Virus record (IMG/VR): IMGVR_UViG_3300043464_002149
Strand: one strand, 5' to 3'
DNA length: 64,000 bases
DNA from: a virus
Lineage: Duplodnaviria > Caudoviricetes
Shown in pieces: positions 8,992 through 16,505 of this stretch. Both the position numbers and the translations under genes were made by a program. Below the pieces are notes generated by a model, which made no database searches, was not told the origin of the DNA, and saw only the letters and a list, made by a program, of their open reading frames with translations. Position 1 is the first letter of the stretch; every line of letters begins with the position of its first letter.

Positions 8992-9230
8992 TACTTAACG
9001 TTCTTTAATGCACTAACCCAGAAGTTATTTCTGGTCCATAAAGTTTTATATAGTTCAACAACAACTTTAGTGGCTAGATCAACGATCTTATCATCTATTT
9101 TTTTTGTACCTAATTCTTTTTGAATTATCTTAACCACAATGTCATTAGCCTTGGTTGTATCAAGGAAATCTTTAATCTCCTTTTTTACAATCTTTTCAAT
9201 CTCTTTTTTATCATCATTTGTTAATGCCAT
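8991..9230 (-). CDS. Hypothetical protein
   Basis: 79-aa ORF coupled to neighbours. Confidence 0.6.
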   Translation of the reverse strand: MALTNDDKKEIEKIVKKEIKDFLDTTKANDIVVKIIQKELGTKKIDDKIVDLATKVVVELYKTLWTRNNFWVSALKNVK

Positions 9231-9232
9231 TG

Positions 9233-9727
9233 TTAGTTATTTTTTCTATTGTTCATTATTTCAATTACAACATCTTCAAACGTATGTTGGAATTTTTCCA
9301 ATTTGCTAATTGTCTCAACAGTTTCAGCCTCAATTTTTAGCATATTAGCATTTAAATATAAACCTCTTTCGTTACCAGCAATAAGAACAAAACTTAAATC
9401 ATTTTCAATGGTACCATCAAGTCTAACTGAATCAACATAAACATTAAAACCTTCTTCAAAATTGGCTAGCTCACTTACTTGTGACTTAAAATTCTGTATT
9501 AATTGATTTAATGATCCTTTTTCTTCTTCAGACAACGAAAGGTCTTCTTGATCTGTACTATGGATTTTTACTTCCACATTATCGTTAAGAACAAGGTTAA
9601 ATAATTTTTCATCTTCTTCTTTTAGGATGCTCTTTGATTTTACATTTTCATTAAGATTTCTCATTGTATTGAGCATCTTTTTTATAGAATCATATCCTGG
9701 GTTCTGTTTGTGTAACATTTTCTTCAA
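9233..9727 (-). CDS. Hypothetical (putative virion) protein
   Basis: 164-aa acidic ORF in operon. Confidence 0.55.
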   Translation of the reverse strand: MKKMLHKQNPGYDSIKKMLNTMRNLNENVKSKSILKEEDEKLFNLVLNDNVEVKIHSTDQEDLSLSEEEKGSLNQLIQNFKSQVSELANFEEGFNVYVDSVRLDGTIENDLSFVLIAGNERGLYLNANMLKIEAETVETISKLEKFQHTFEDVVIEIMNNRKNN

Positions 9728-10313
9728 ATATATTAAAATTAAACGATGGGTTTATATCTGTATAAATATCGGAGAAATTCGATTTACTGACTATTCCATT
9801 GAAGTTTTTAGCGTTCTCGAAGAATCCGGAAGATGGGACAGATTGATAAGGTATATCATAATGAGCACAAAGTAACAAACATAGGTCTGCTAATGCGTTT
9901 AATTGCTCTTTTGAATAGGTGTCCCAGTAGAAATACCCTCTCCAACCTCTTAGATGTGGTTCCCCTCTAAAAATGTCGTTAATCCAGTTACTGTAGGTTC
10001 CCATGATGGTGTTCTTGTTTAACCACCCTAGATTTTCAATAGCAATTTTGATTTGTTTTCTATCAACAGAGCTTTCACCAAAGGTTTTGGTCATGTAATC
10101 AGGCTCAATTAATTTGTAGATTTTACCAGTTTTGGTGATACAAAAATGAGGTATATCCTCATACTTTCCTTCCCTTCGGTATTTTAACATCTTAATAAAA
10201 TCGTCAATTCTCCTTTTGGTATCATAAAGAAGAATTTGGGTTTTATTATATTTTTTCTTTTTGTGATTTAAGTTTTTTAAATCAAAAGCTTCTGCGCCTA
10301 GAATTTCTAACAT
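9690..10313 (-). CDS. Amidase_2-fold N-acetylmuramoyl-L-alanine amidase-like protein, Zn ligands degenerate
   Basis: PHFCITKTGKIYKLI, IAIENLGW, YSKEQLNALADLC, GIVSKSNF...TDINP motifs of phage amidases. Confidence 0.7.
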   Translation of the reverse strand: MLEILGAEAFDLKNLNHKKKKYNKTQILLYDTKRRIDDFIKMLKYRREGKYEDIPHFCITKTGKIYKLIEPDYMTKTFGESSVDRKQIKIAIENLGWLNKNTIMGTYSNWINDIFRGEPHLRGWRGYFYWDTYSKEQLNALADLCLLLCAHYDIPYQSVPSSGFFENAKNFNGIVSKSNFSDIYTDINPSFNFNIFEENVTQTEPRI

Positions 10314-10629
10314 TTCTTTGGAATGTTTTATTGCTTATTATTGGTTGCGATTCTTCTATATTTCCATCTTCCCAATATAAATCATCCGGCGTATCGCTTG
10401 GCGTAGCTGAAGGAGTAAACGTCTCTGTTGGCGTTTCTGTTGGGGTTTCTGTTACAGTTTCTGTCGGTGTAGGCGTTGGTGTAACAGTTTCTGTTGGTGT
10501 TGGTGTGGGGGTGCTAGTCTCTGTTGGACTAGGTGTTGGCGTCTCAGTCGGTGTTGAAGTTGGTATTAAATCGGGGGTAGACTGAGGTGTTTCTGTAATA
10601 AAAAGTGTCGTTATGATTTTTTTTTTAAG
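10282..10629 (-). CDS. Start-less PT-rich reading frame; probable -1 frameshift extension of 10611..11783
   Basis: 115 sense codons with no ATG ([33 protein letters not shown]...RNSRRRSF*), bounded upstream by TGA TGA immediately before A10 run. Confidence 0.65.
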   Translation of the reverse strand, partial: LKKKIITTLFITETPQSTPDLIPTSTPTETPTPSPTETSTPTPTPTETVTPTPTPTETVTETPTETPTETFTPSATPSDTPDDLYWEDGNIEESQPIISNKTFQRNVRNSRRRSF

Positions 10630-11783
10630 TCATCATCCTCGTCTTCCTGGATATGATCTCGCCAAAAACTATCATTATTTATCTCTTGAAATTCCTCTTC
10701 TCTAGGTATTGAATTGTCAATATTATATTTCTGCACTTCTTCAACAGCTTCAAACGGTACTGGCACAGTTTCTTCCGGTTCAGTAACCTCCTGTCCTTCA
10801 TAAACCTCAATAGTGTCTTGGACAGTATTTTCCGTATTTAGATCTATAGCGTAAAAATTTTGTTGTTCTTCCTCTTCGGTTGGTTCTATTGTAGAAACAA
10901 TCTCATCGTCTGTATCAAGTTTTCTTTCATATTCATCTTGATTCATTTCCATGACTTCTTCATCTGATAATGCTGGAACAATAGTTTCAACTTCATCTTT
11001 TACTAATGGATTATCAAATGGTTCATTATATAAACCTAATTCTTCATCTAATCTCATCATTTCACTGAGGATCTCATCTATTTTTTCTTTAGATGGTGTT
11101 TCATTTACTTTAGGTTGTTCTTGAACATTTTCTTTATATTTTTTGGCAGCTGCTTTTAACGCATCGTTAGGCTCAGGTGGATTTTCAAAATATCTTTGTA
11201 GAATTTCTAAATCTCTTTCGGTTAATTTAAGCCTAGCAGATTCATCAGCAAGATCAGCATTAATTATATTGTCTTGTATTTGTTTATCAATACTAGGTTT
11301 AACATCTTCTTTTAATCTGTCTTCTTCTGTAAATTTAACTAACATATGTAAGAATGATAATGAAATCATCGGTAACATACCGCCAGCAAATAATGCTAAA
11401 AATCTTTTGTGACCAACAAGATTTGTTGGTTCTACACCCATGAACTCTAACAATGGTGCAACAAGGTCTACCCAATCTTTAAATGATTGTGAATTAATAT
11501 CAATAAATGAATAAGCAAAAAATATGTTTCCAATAAACTGAACCAAAGTAACAATAGCAAATGGGAAGTAAACCTTTCTACCCATGTCAGCAGATATTGC
11601 AGCTAATGCTGATAACGCAGCTATTTCAATACCAATAGATAGGTATAATGCCCAACTTACTGGGTTTGAAATACCGTACCATATTGTAACGTGTGATATT
11701 GAAACTATCGCCACGGTAATGATAGGTACTAAAAACGCTGTTATAATTAGCGTTTTATAATTTTTGTTTATCCAATTTTTCAT
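10611..11783 (-). CDS. Multi-pass membrane protein (DUF2637-like N-terminus) with long acidic tail
   Basis: About four TM segments in first 150 aa (VSISHV..., GGMLPMISLSFLHML), then Glu/Asp-rich region. Confidence 0.6.
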   Translation of the reverse strand: MKNWINKNYKTLIITAFLVPIITVAIVSISHVTIWYGISNPVSWALYLSIGIEIAALSALAAISADMGRKVYFPFAIVTLVQFIGNIFFAYSFIDINSQSFKDWVDLVAPLLEFMGVEPTNLVGHKRFLALFAGGMLPMISLSFLHMLVKFTEEDRLKEDVKPSIDKQIQDNIINADLADESARLKLTERDLEILQRYFENPPEPNDALKAAAKKYKENVQEQPKVNETPSKEKIDEILSEMMRLDEELGLYNEPFDNPLVKDEVETIVPALSDEEVMEMNQDEYERKLDTDDEIVSTIEPTEEEEQQNFYAIDLNTENTVQDTIEVYEGQEVTEPEETVPVPFEAVEEVQKYNIDNSIPREEEFQEINNDSFWRDHIQEDEDDDLKKKS

Positions 11784-11784
11784 A

Positions 11785-12078
11785 TTAATATTTACCCAAC
11801 TCTTTTGTCAATGTTGTTATTTCCTCATCAATTTTTGTTTGACGTTGAACATCTAACATTTTTCTGTCGGTCGCCTGGATCATTCTTTTTTCAGACTTAA
11901 GCCCTTCGATTTGTAAAACAATATTCAATTCTTTCTTTGTGTATGTCGAATCTTTAATTGTTTTAATCTCGTTTTTTATTTTAGTTATCTCTCTAGTATC
12001 ACTACATCCTTTAAAGAATGTTAATAAAGTGATGGCTAATACAATAACAGTAAAATTCGATTCAATAAACTTTTTCAT
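11785..12078 (-). CDS. Membrane-anchored/possible lipoprotein
   Basis: N-terminal hydrophobic helix ending FFKGC, then coiled-coil. Confidence 0.55.
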   Translation of the reverse strand: MKKFIESNFTVIVLAITLLTFFKGCSDTREITKIKNEIKTIKDSTYTKKELNIVLQIEGLKSEKRMIQATDRKMLDVQRQTKIDEEITTLTKELGKY

Positions 12079-12080
12079 TT

Positions 12081-12890
12081 TTATAAATATTTTAAGAGAG
12101 AAAAGCTTTCATTTCTAAGCTTTTTTATTGCTTTATCTTTTAGTTGTCTAATTCTTTCTTTAGTGCAACCAAATTCTTCACCCAGGTCGTCTAAATTCTT
12201 TTCAGTACCTGTTAAACCAAAATAACCTTCAATAATTGCGCTCTCTCTTTCATCCAAGAAAGACATCATGTACTTGATTCTATGTTTTAGATCCTCAGCA
12301 CTATTAGCCATATCTTCAGGAGACGTAGCGTTTGGGTTTGCAATTATTTCAAGTAATGTGTCACCTTCTTCATTTATTTCTCTAAATAAATCAATAGTGG
12401 TTGGAATCCCTGTCAATGGAACTTCTCTGTACTCAAGATAAAAACCATCTTCATTTGATGCTTCTTCTTTTTTCTGTCTTTGTGCTTCTTGAATTACATT
12501 TGATGGAATTCTTATTGTTCTAGCATACTCATTCAATGAATAAAGTATTTGTTGTTTTATCCACCAAACAGCATATGAAATAAATTTAAAGCCCGATGTG
12601 ATATCATAACGTTCAATCGCTTTGATTAATCCTATGTTACCTTCGGAAATTAAATCCGAAACATCAAGACCTTGATTTTGATATGTCTTAGCAATTGAAA
12701 TTACGAATCTTAAATTACCCTTGACAACCTCATCGGTTAATTTCTGTCGCTCCGATTTCGATAAATTCTTTTCTTTGAGTTTGAGAAAAATTTCATTTTC
12801 TCTCTCATGAGTTATCACTGGGATTTTTTTGAGATCTTTGATGTAATAGTTGATCTCATCTGTTCTTACGATTGGAGCGGTCTTTTTCAT
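12081..12890 (-). CDS. Sigma-70 family RNA polymerase sigma factor (RpoD/RpoH-like, no region 1.1)
   Basis: GNLRFVISIAKTY, DLISEGNIGLIKAIERYD, KFISYAVWWIKQ, region 4 TKERIRQL. Confidence 0.93.
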   Translation of the reverse strand: MKKTAPIVRTDEINYYIKDLKKIPVITHERENEIFLKLKEKNLSKSERQKLTDEVVKGNLRFVISIAKTYQNQGLDVSDLISEGNIGLIKAIERYDITSGFKFISYAVWWIKQQILYSLNEYARTIRIPSNVIQEAQRQKKEEASNEDGFYLEYREVPLTGIPTTIDLFREINEEGDTLLEIIANPNATSPEDMANSAEDLKHRIKYMMSFLDERESAIIEGYFGLTGTEKNLDDLGEEFGCTKERIRQLKDKAIKKLRNESFSLLKYL

Positions 12891-12936
12891 TTGTTAAAAG
12901 TAAAAGGTTTGTTTAGCTAAAATAAACAAAAAAAAC

Positions 12937-13377
12937 CTATTTACCAAATTCATCAAGAAATTTTTTTTCATCTTCCGTTAAACTCTCCATTCCTTGATCT
13001 TGTATCTTTTCTAAAATGTCATCTAATTCAAACTTTTTGTTTAACTTTCTAATTGAAACCTTAAACGCATCGTGTGAGGAATTTTGTGGTTTGAAAATGA
13101 ATTCCCTAAGTGCTTCTGGTATTTCGGCCCAAAAAACATTCTCCTTTTCAAAAATAAAATAAAATCTAATATGTTCTAAATCTAGAAGCTTTTTTAAGTC
13201 TTCTATAAGGGTTTCTTTATCTTTTTCGCTGTCAAAAATAATGATACAGTTTCCGAGGCTTTCTATGACATACTTGACCCCTGATTCTGAAACCTGAGTA
13301 AAATGTTCCATGCAGAAGAATTCTAAGTCTTCATGATCCTCAAACGCCCCATATATAAAGAGTATGTATGATTTCAT
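12937..13377 (-). CDS. Hypothetical protein with DUF6576-like C-terminal helix pair
   Basis: LDDILEKIQDQGMESLTEDEKKFL resembles the xDxILDKIxxxGxxSLTxxEKxxL motif. Confidence 0.55.
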   Translation of the reverse strand: MKSYILFIYGAFEDHEDLEFFCMEHFTQVSESGVKYVIESLGNCIIIFDSEKDKETLIEDLKKLLDLEHIRFYFIFEKENVFWAEIPEALREFIFKPQNSSHDAFKVSIRKLNKKFELDDILEKIQDQGMESLTEDEKKFLDEFGK

Positions 13378-13410
13378 AGTTAACGATAGGTAATATAAAA
13401 TGAAATAAAA

Positions 13411-14058
13411 CTATTTCTTTTTCTTTAGGTTTATCTTCCAATAAACCCCACCACCAACATATGGCTGAAATTCACCAGTTAAACCGTTCACAACCGTGTT
13501 ATTAACCCCAGCTGATACTTTGTATAATCTATCGTTTTTATCCTTTAAAATAAAGCCTAAACCCATTAATCTCACAACATTAAGCCTGTCAAAGTTTGCA
13601 TCAAACCCAAAGTACATTTGAGTTTTTTTGGGCTCCAGGGTGTAAATCGTGTCTTTAACTACTTTTTGTTTAACTTTTGCATCAAAACTCCTAGACAAAA
13701 CTTTATTTTCACTAATGGTTTCTTTTAATTCAATAACACCTAAACCGTTAGGTAATGTTAAATTATCATTAGTTTCAACTTTTGCATAGTAATTCTTAAG
13801 AATTGCTGCACTATCTACAGAGATTAGTACGGTGTCGTGTACAGCATATGGTATTTGAACTTCATATGGTACATCAACTTCGACCTCAACCAGTGAATCA
13901 ACGAAAATGGTATCATGCACTGGATAAGGTACAGAGTCAATTATTTGATGGTACTTAGTTCTATTGGGGATTATTCCTTTTGGGTTAATTGCTACAATAG
14001 CTGTTGTTGCTATTAATAGTATTATAATAATATTCCTAATATCTAAGTATTTTTTCAT
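13411..14058 (-). CDS. Membrane-anchored envelope protein (spanin-cluster member)
   Basis: N-terminal TM, VHDTI/VHDTV repeats, beta-rich C-terminus ending in aromatic strand (YVGGGVYWKINL). Confidence 0.5.
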   Translation of the reverse strand: MKKYLDIRNIIIILLIATTAIVAINPKGIIPNRTKYHQIIDSVPYPVHDTIFVDSLVEVEVDVPYEVQIPYAVHDTVLISVDSAAILKNYYAKVETNDNLTLPNGLGVIELKETISENKVLSRSFDAKVKQKVVKDTIYTLEPKKTQMYFGFDANFDRLNVVRLMGLGFILKDKNDRLYKVSAGVNNTVVNGLTGEFQPYVGGGVYWKINLKKKK

Positions 14059-14059
14059 T

Positions 14060-14476
14060 TTATTTAAGTAATAACATTGAAGTTGCGATTATCCCAACAA
14101 AAGAACCAACCTTATATAAAAAGGTCTTTCTTCTTTGTCCTTTTAGTTCTTTTAATAAACTTTCCGATTTAGATCTTTCTAAGTCAAATTGTTGATCTTT
14201 TTTGGTGATAATCAATTCAAGATTAGAAATCTTTTGATCTTTAAGTGTGTCTTTTTGTTTAAACAAACCTATTTGTTCGTCCTTAAGACCGATAACCTTA
14301 TTTAATTCCTTGATTTCCTCAACTGCGCCATCACCTTTTATTAAATCTTTAATTACCAGTTTTGCAACAGGTACCTTTAAAGGAACTAAAGTATCAATAT
14401 TGGTCTTTGTAACGGTCTGTGAAAAACTTTTCAAGGTCACTAAAGTTATAATTGTTAACAGAATCAATTTTTTCAT
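14060..14476 (-). CDS. Exported coiled-coil protein with C-terminal TM (spanin-like)
   Basis: Signal peptide MKKLILL...SFS-Q, heptad coiled-coil, C-terminal hydrophobic helix. Confidence 0.55.
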   Translation of the reverse strand: MKKLILLTIITLVTLKSFSQTVTKTNIDTLVPLKVPVAKLVIKDLIKGDGAVEEIKELNKVIGLKDEQIGLFKQKDTLKDQKISNLELIITKKDQQFDLERSKSESLLKELKGQRRKTFLYKVGSFVGIIATSMLLLK

Positions 14477-14738
14477 GTGTTTGTGTTTTAATAATTGTTA
14501 TGTTTTTACTAACGTTATTGATGTCTCCATCAAGATTATCGATTTCCTTATCGATAGTTAAAATTTGTTGGGTTAAAGCTGTGTTTACGTCTTGTATAGA
14601 ATCAATTTCAGTTTGAATCGAATCTATCTTAGCATTATATCCAGCAACATCAGTTCTGATACTGTGACCTTGAAAAATGCTATAAGCGGCCAAACAAACT
14701 ATAATACCCAATAAAATGTTTTGTTTATTAATTTTCAT
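14394..14738 (-). CDS. N-terminal TM coiled-coil protein (i-spanin-like); start revised to 14738
   Basis: MKINKQNILLGIIVCLAAY then long heptad repeat; TATTTAT upstream of 14738; 83-nt overlap with next gene. Confidence 0.55.
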   Translation of the reverse strand: MKINKQNILLGIIVCLAAYSIFQGHSIRTDVAGYNAKIDSIQTEIDSIQDVNTALTQQILTIDKEIDNLDGDINNVSKNITIIKTQTHEKIDSVNNYNFSDLEKFFTDRYKDQY

Positions 14739-14757
14739 ATATAATAGCTTTCTATAT

Positions 14758-14787
14758 AAATACAAAGAGGTCGCAAAAAGCGACCTC
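14758..14787 (-). terminator. Intrinsic terminator ending the 14814..15581 transcript
   Basis: GAGGTCGC-TTTTT-GCGACCTC then TTTGTATTT on minus strand. Confidence 0.8.
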
Positions 14788-14813
14788 AAGTAAGACCTTG
14801 TGATTAGTTATTG

Positions 14814-15581
14814 TTAGTATTTTGTTCCGCAGTGTGGACAGAACTTATGGTTATCTTTTTTACGTTTCGCACCACACTCTGTGCAATAAACGACCAAATC
14901 CTCTATAACAAGCGGTCTGGTTGATTGTGGTTTAATTTTCCACCAATTCGTCTGAAATGGGAAAGTATAAAATGACGAGTTATCATATGTGAATGATTGA
15001 CTTGAATTTGATCCCTTTTCCACTCTACCAGTTTCAAGGCTCCTTAATGAGTTTGTGTTAACAGTCCCACTAGTTAACGAAGTGTTGTAAAAGGTACTTG
15101 TACTTGATGTGGTAAATGTTGCGTTACCATAATAAGGACTACCGGTTGTTGTGCTTCCCCAACCAAAATTTGGATTATTAATTGTTACAGTACCACTATT
15201 AAAATTATATGATGATGTTTTTACCTCATCATAGAATTTAACAACCACATCACCATTATTAGCAATAGCTTGTTGTACTTCCTCATTATTCCCATTTACA
15301 ACGTATGTTTCAAACAAAAACTTCTTTGCCTCATCAAGGTATCTTTCGAGGAATACGCGTTCACCAGGACGAAGAATAATACCATTACCGATGGAATTAC
15401 CGTTCATCTCGATTTTTGCTAAAACTTTATTTTGTGTGGGATTGTAAAGTTCGATTTCGAACTCATCACCGTTGTTAAGATATACGGTGTCAATGTGCTG
15501 TTTTAATCTTTGTTTACCTTTGGTAATGAAAGATTGTGGCACAGCAAAACCAGTTGTGTTAACTGAAATTCTTCTGTTCAT
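14814..15581 (-). CDS. Hypothetical protein: beta-rich domain, Ser/Thr/Asn insert, C-terminal double-CxxC zinc ribbon
   Basis: YCTECG...FCPHCG at C-terminus; own promoter and terminator. Confidence 0.7.
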   Translation of the reverse strand: MNRRISVNTTGFAVPQSFITKGKQRLKQHIDTVYLNNGDEFEIELYNPTQNKVLAKIEMNGNSIGNGIILRPGERVFLERYLDEAKKFLFETYVVNGNNEEVQQAIANNGDVVVKFYDEVKTSSYNFNSGTVTINNPNFGWGSTTTGSPYYGNATFTTSSTSTFYNTSLTSGTVNTNSLRSLETGRVEKGSNSSQSFTYDNSSFYTFPFQTNWWKIKPQSTRPLVIEDLVVYCTECGAKRKKDNHKFCPHCGTKY

Positions 15582-15678
15582 TTCCTTATATTTTTTTTGT
15601 ATTTGAACCCGAATTCGCTGGTATCAATTCCAACTCAAATGCCACAAGGACACTTCCGATTCAACCACAAGGTCTAAT
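15582..15678 (-). ncRNA. Structured 5' leader RNA (cis-regulatory candidate)
   Basis: GC-richer island; long hairpin 15640-15601, short hairpin ~15654-15639, 5' strand 15675-15663 complementary to 3' UTR 14805-14793. Confidence 0.6.
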
Positions 15679-15682
15679 AATA

Positions 15683-15711
15683 AGTATATAAAAAACATAA
15701 AAAAAAGGAAA
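15683..15711 (-). promoter_or_regulatory. Sigma70-type promoter for leader + zinc-ribbon gene
   Basis: TTTCCT-N17-TATACT, placing +1 at about 15678-15675. Confidence 0.5.
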
Positions 15712-15727
15712 GTTAAAAACCTTCCTT
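15699..15727 (-). terminator. Intrinsic terminator after clpP
   Basis: AAGGAAGG-TTTTTAA-CTTTCCTT (one G-U) followed by T-run. Confidence 0.7.
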
Positions 15728-15755
15728 TTTAAAAAAAAACGTGAATACAACTAAC

Positions 15756-16430
15756 CTATTTTTTCTTTTTAACAATTTCATCAATAATACCGTATGCTAA
15801 TGCATCTTCAGCAGATAACCACAAATCTCTAGATGCGTCTTGCATTACTTGCTTTCCATCCTTATCACAATAACCACCCAATAAATCAAAAAGTAAATTA
15901 TTAAGTTTTTCCCATTCAATCATATCGATCTTAGCATCTTGAATGTTCCCGTGAAATCCACCACTGGATTGATGCAACATGGTTCTAGAAAATCTAAGAG
16001 ACCCTCTTTTACCTTTTGTTCCGGCGCCTAATAAAATAGACCCCATCGAAGCTGCCATTCCTGTATTAATTGTTCTAATATCAGATGTAATGTATTCCAT
16101 AACATCAACCATTGATAGACCAGATTTAACTGAACCACCTGGGCTGTCAATGTGCATGGTAATATCATTATTATCTAAACTATCCAAGAACATTAACTGA
16201 GCTTGAACAACAGTTGACATGTGATCGTTTACCTCACCTGCCACCCAGATAATTCTTTCCATCATTAATCTACTGAACACATCCATTACTGTTACATTCA
16301 ATGATCTTTCCTCAAGAATGTATGGTGTTAAACTGCTCTCAATATTTTTATTGAAATTGTGTAAGTCTAAAGAAGAGATTCCTCTATCTTTCGCATAAAG
16401 ACCAAAATGTCTTAAATCTTTTTGATTCAT
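15756..16430 (-). CDS. clpP: ATP-dependent Clp protease proteolytic subunit
   Basis: DVFSRLMMERII, IDSPGGSV, GMAASMG (Ser), MLHQ (His), RDLWLSAEDALAYGIIDEI (Asp). Confidence 0.95.
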   Translation of the reverse strand: MNQKDLRHFGLYAKDRGISSLDLHNFNKNIESSLTPYILEERSLNVTVMDVFSRLMMERIIWVAGEVNDHMSTVVQAQLMFLDSLDNNDITMHIDSPGGSVKSGLSMVDVMEYITSDIRTINTGMAASMGSILLGAGTKGKRGSLRFSRTMLHQSSGGFHGNIQDAKIDMIEWEKLNNLLFDLLGGYCDKDGKQVMQDASRDLWLSAEDALAYGIIDEIVKKKK

Positions 16431-16455
16431 ATAATTAGTATTTCAACTGTATAAG

Positions 16456-16463
16456 CAAATATA
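16456..16463 (-). promoter_or_regulatory. TATATTTG, matching Bacteroidota housekeeping -7 box TAnnTTTG, upstream of clpP
   Basis: Exact match ~26-33 nt upstream of ATG; no clear -33 TTTG at canonical spacing. Confidence 0.4.
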
Positions 16464-16505
16464 GTTAAAAGTGACCAATAAAAAAAACAATATTGTAAAA
16501 TATTT

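Noticed and set aside
14793-15675. Invertible DNA segment or transposon bounded by 10-bp inverted repeats
   Set aside because: No recombinase or transposase nearby, no target duplication, and the repeats sit inside the transcript ends with a G-U extension; RNA pairing is more parsimonious, though not excluded.
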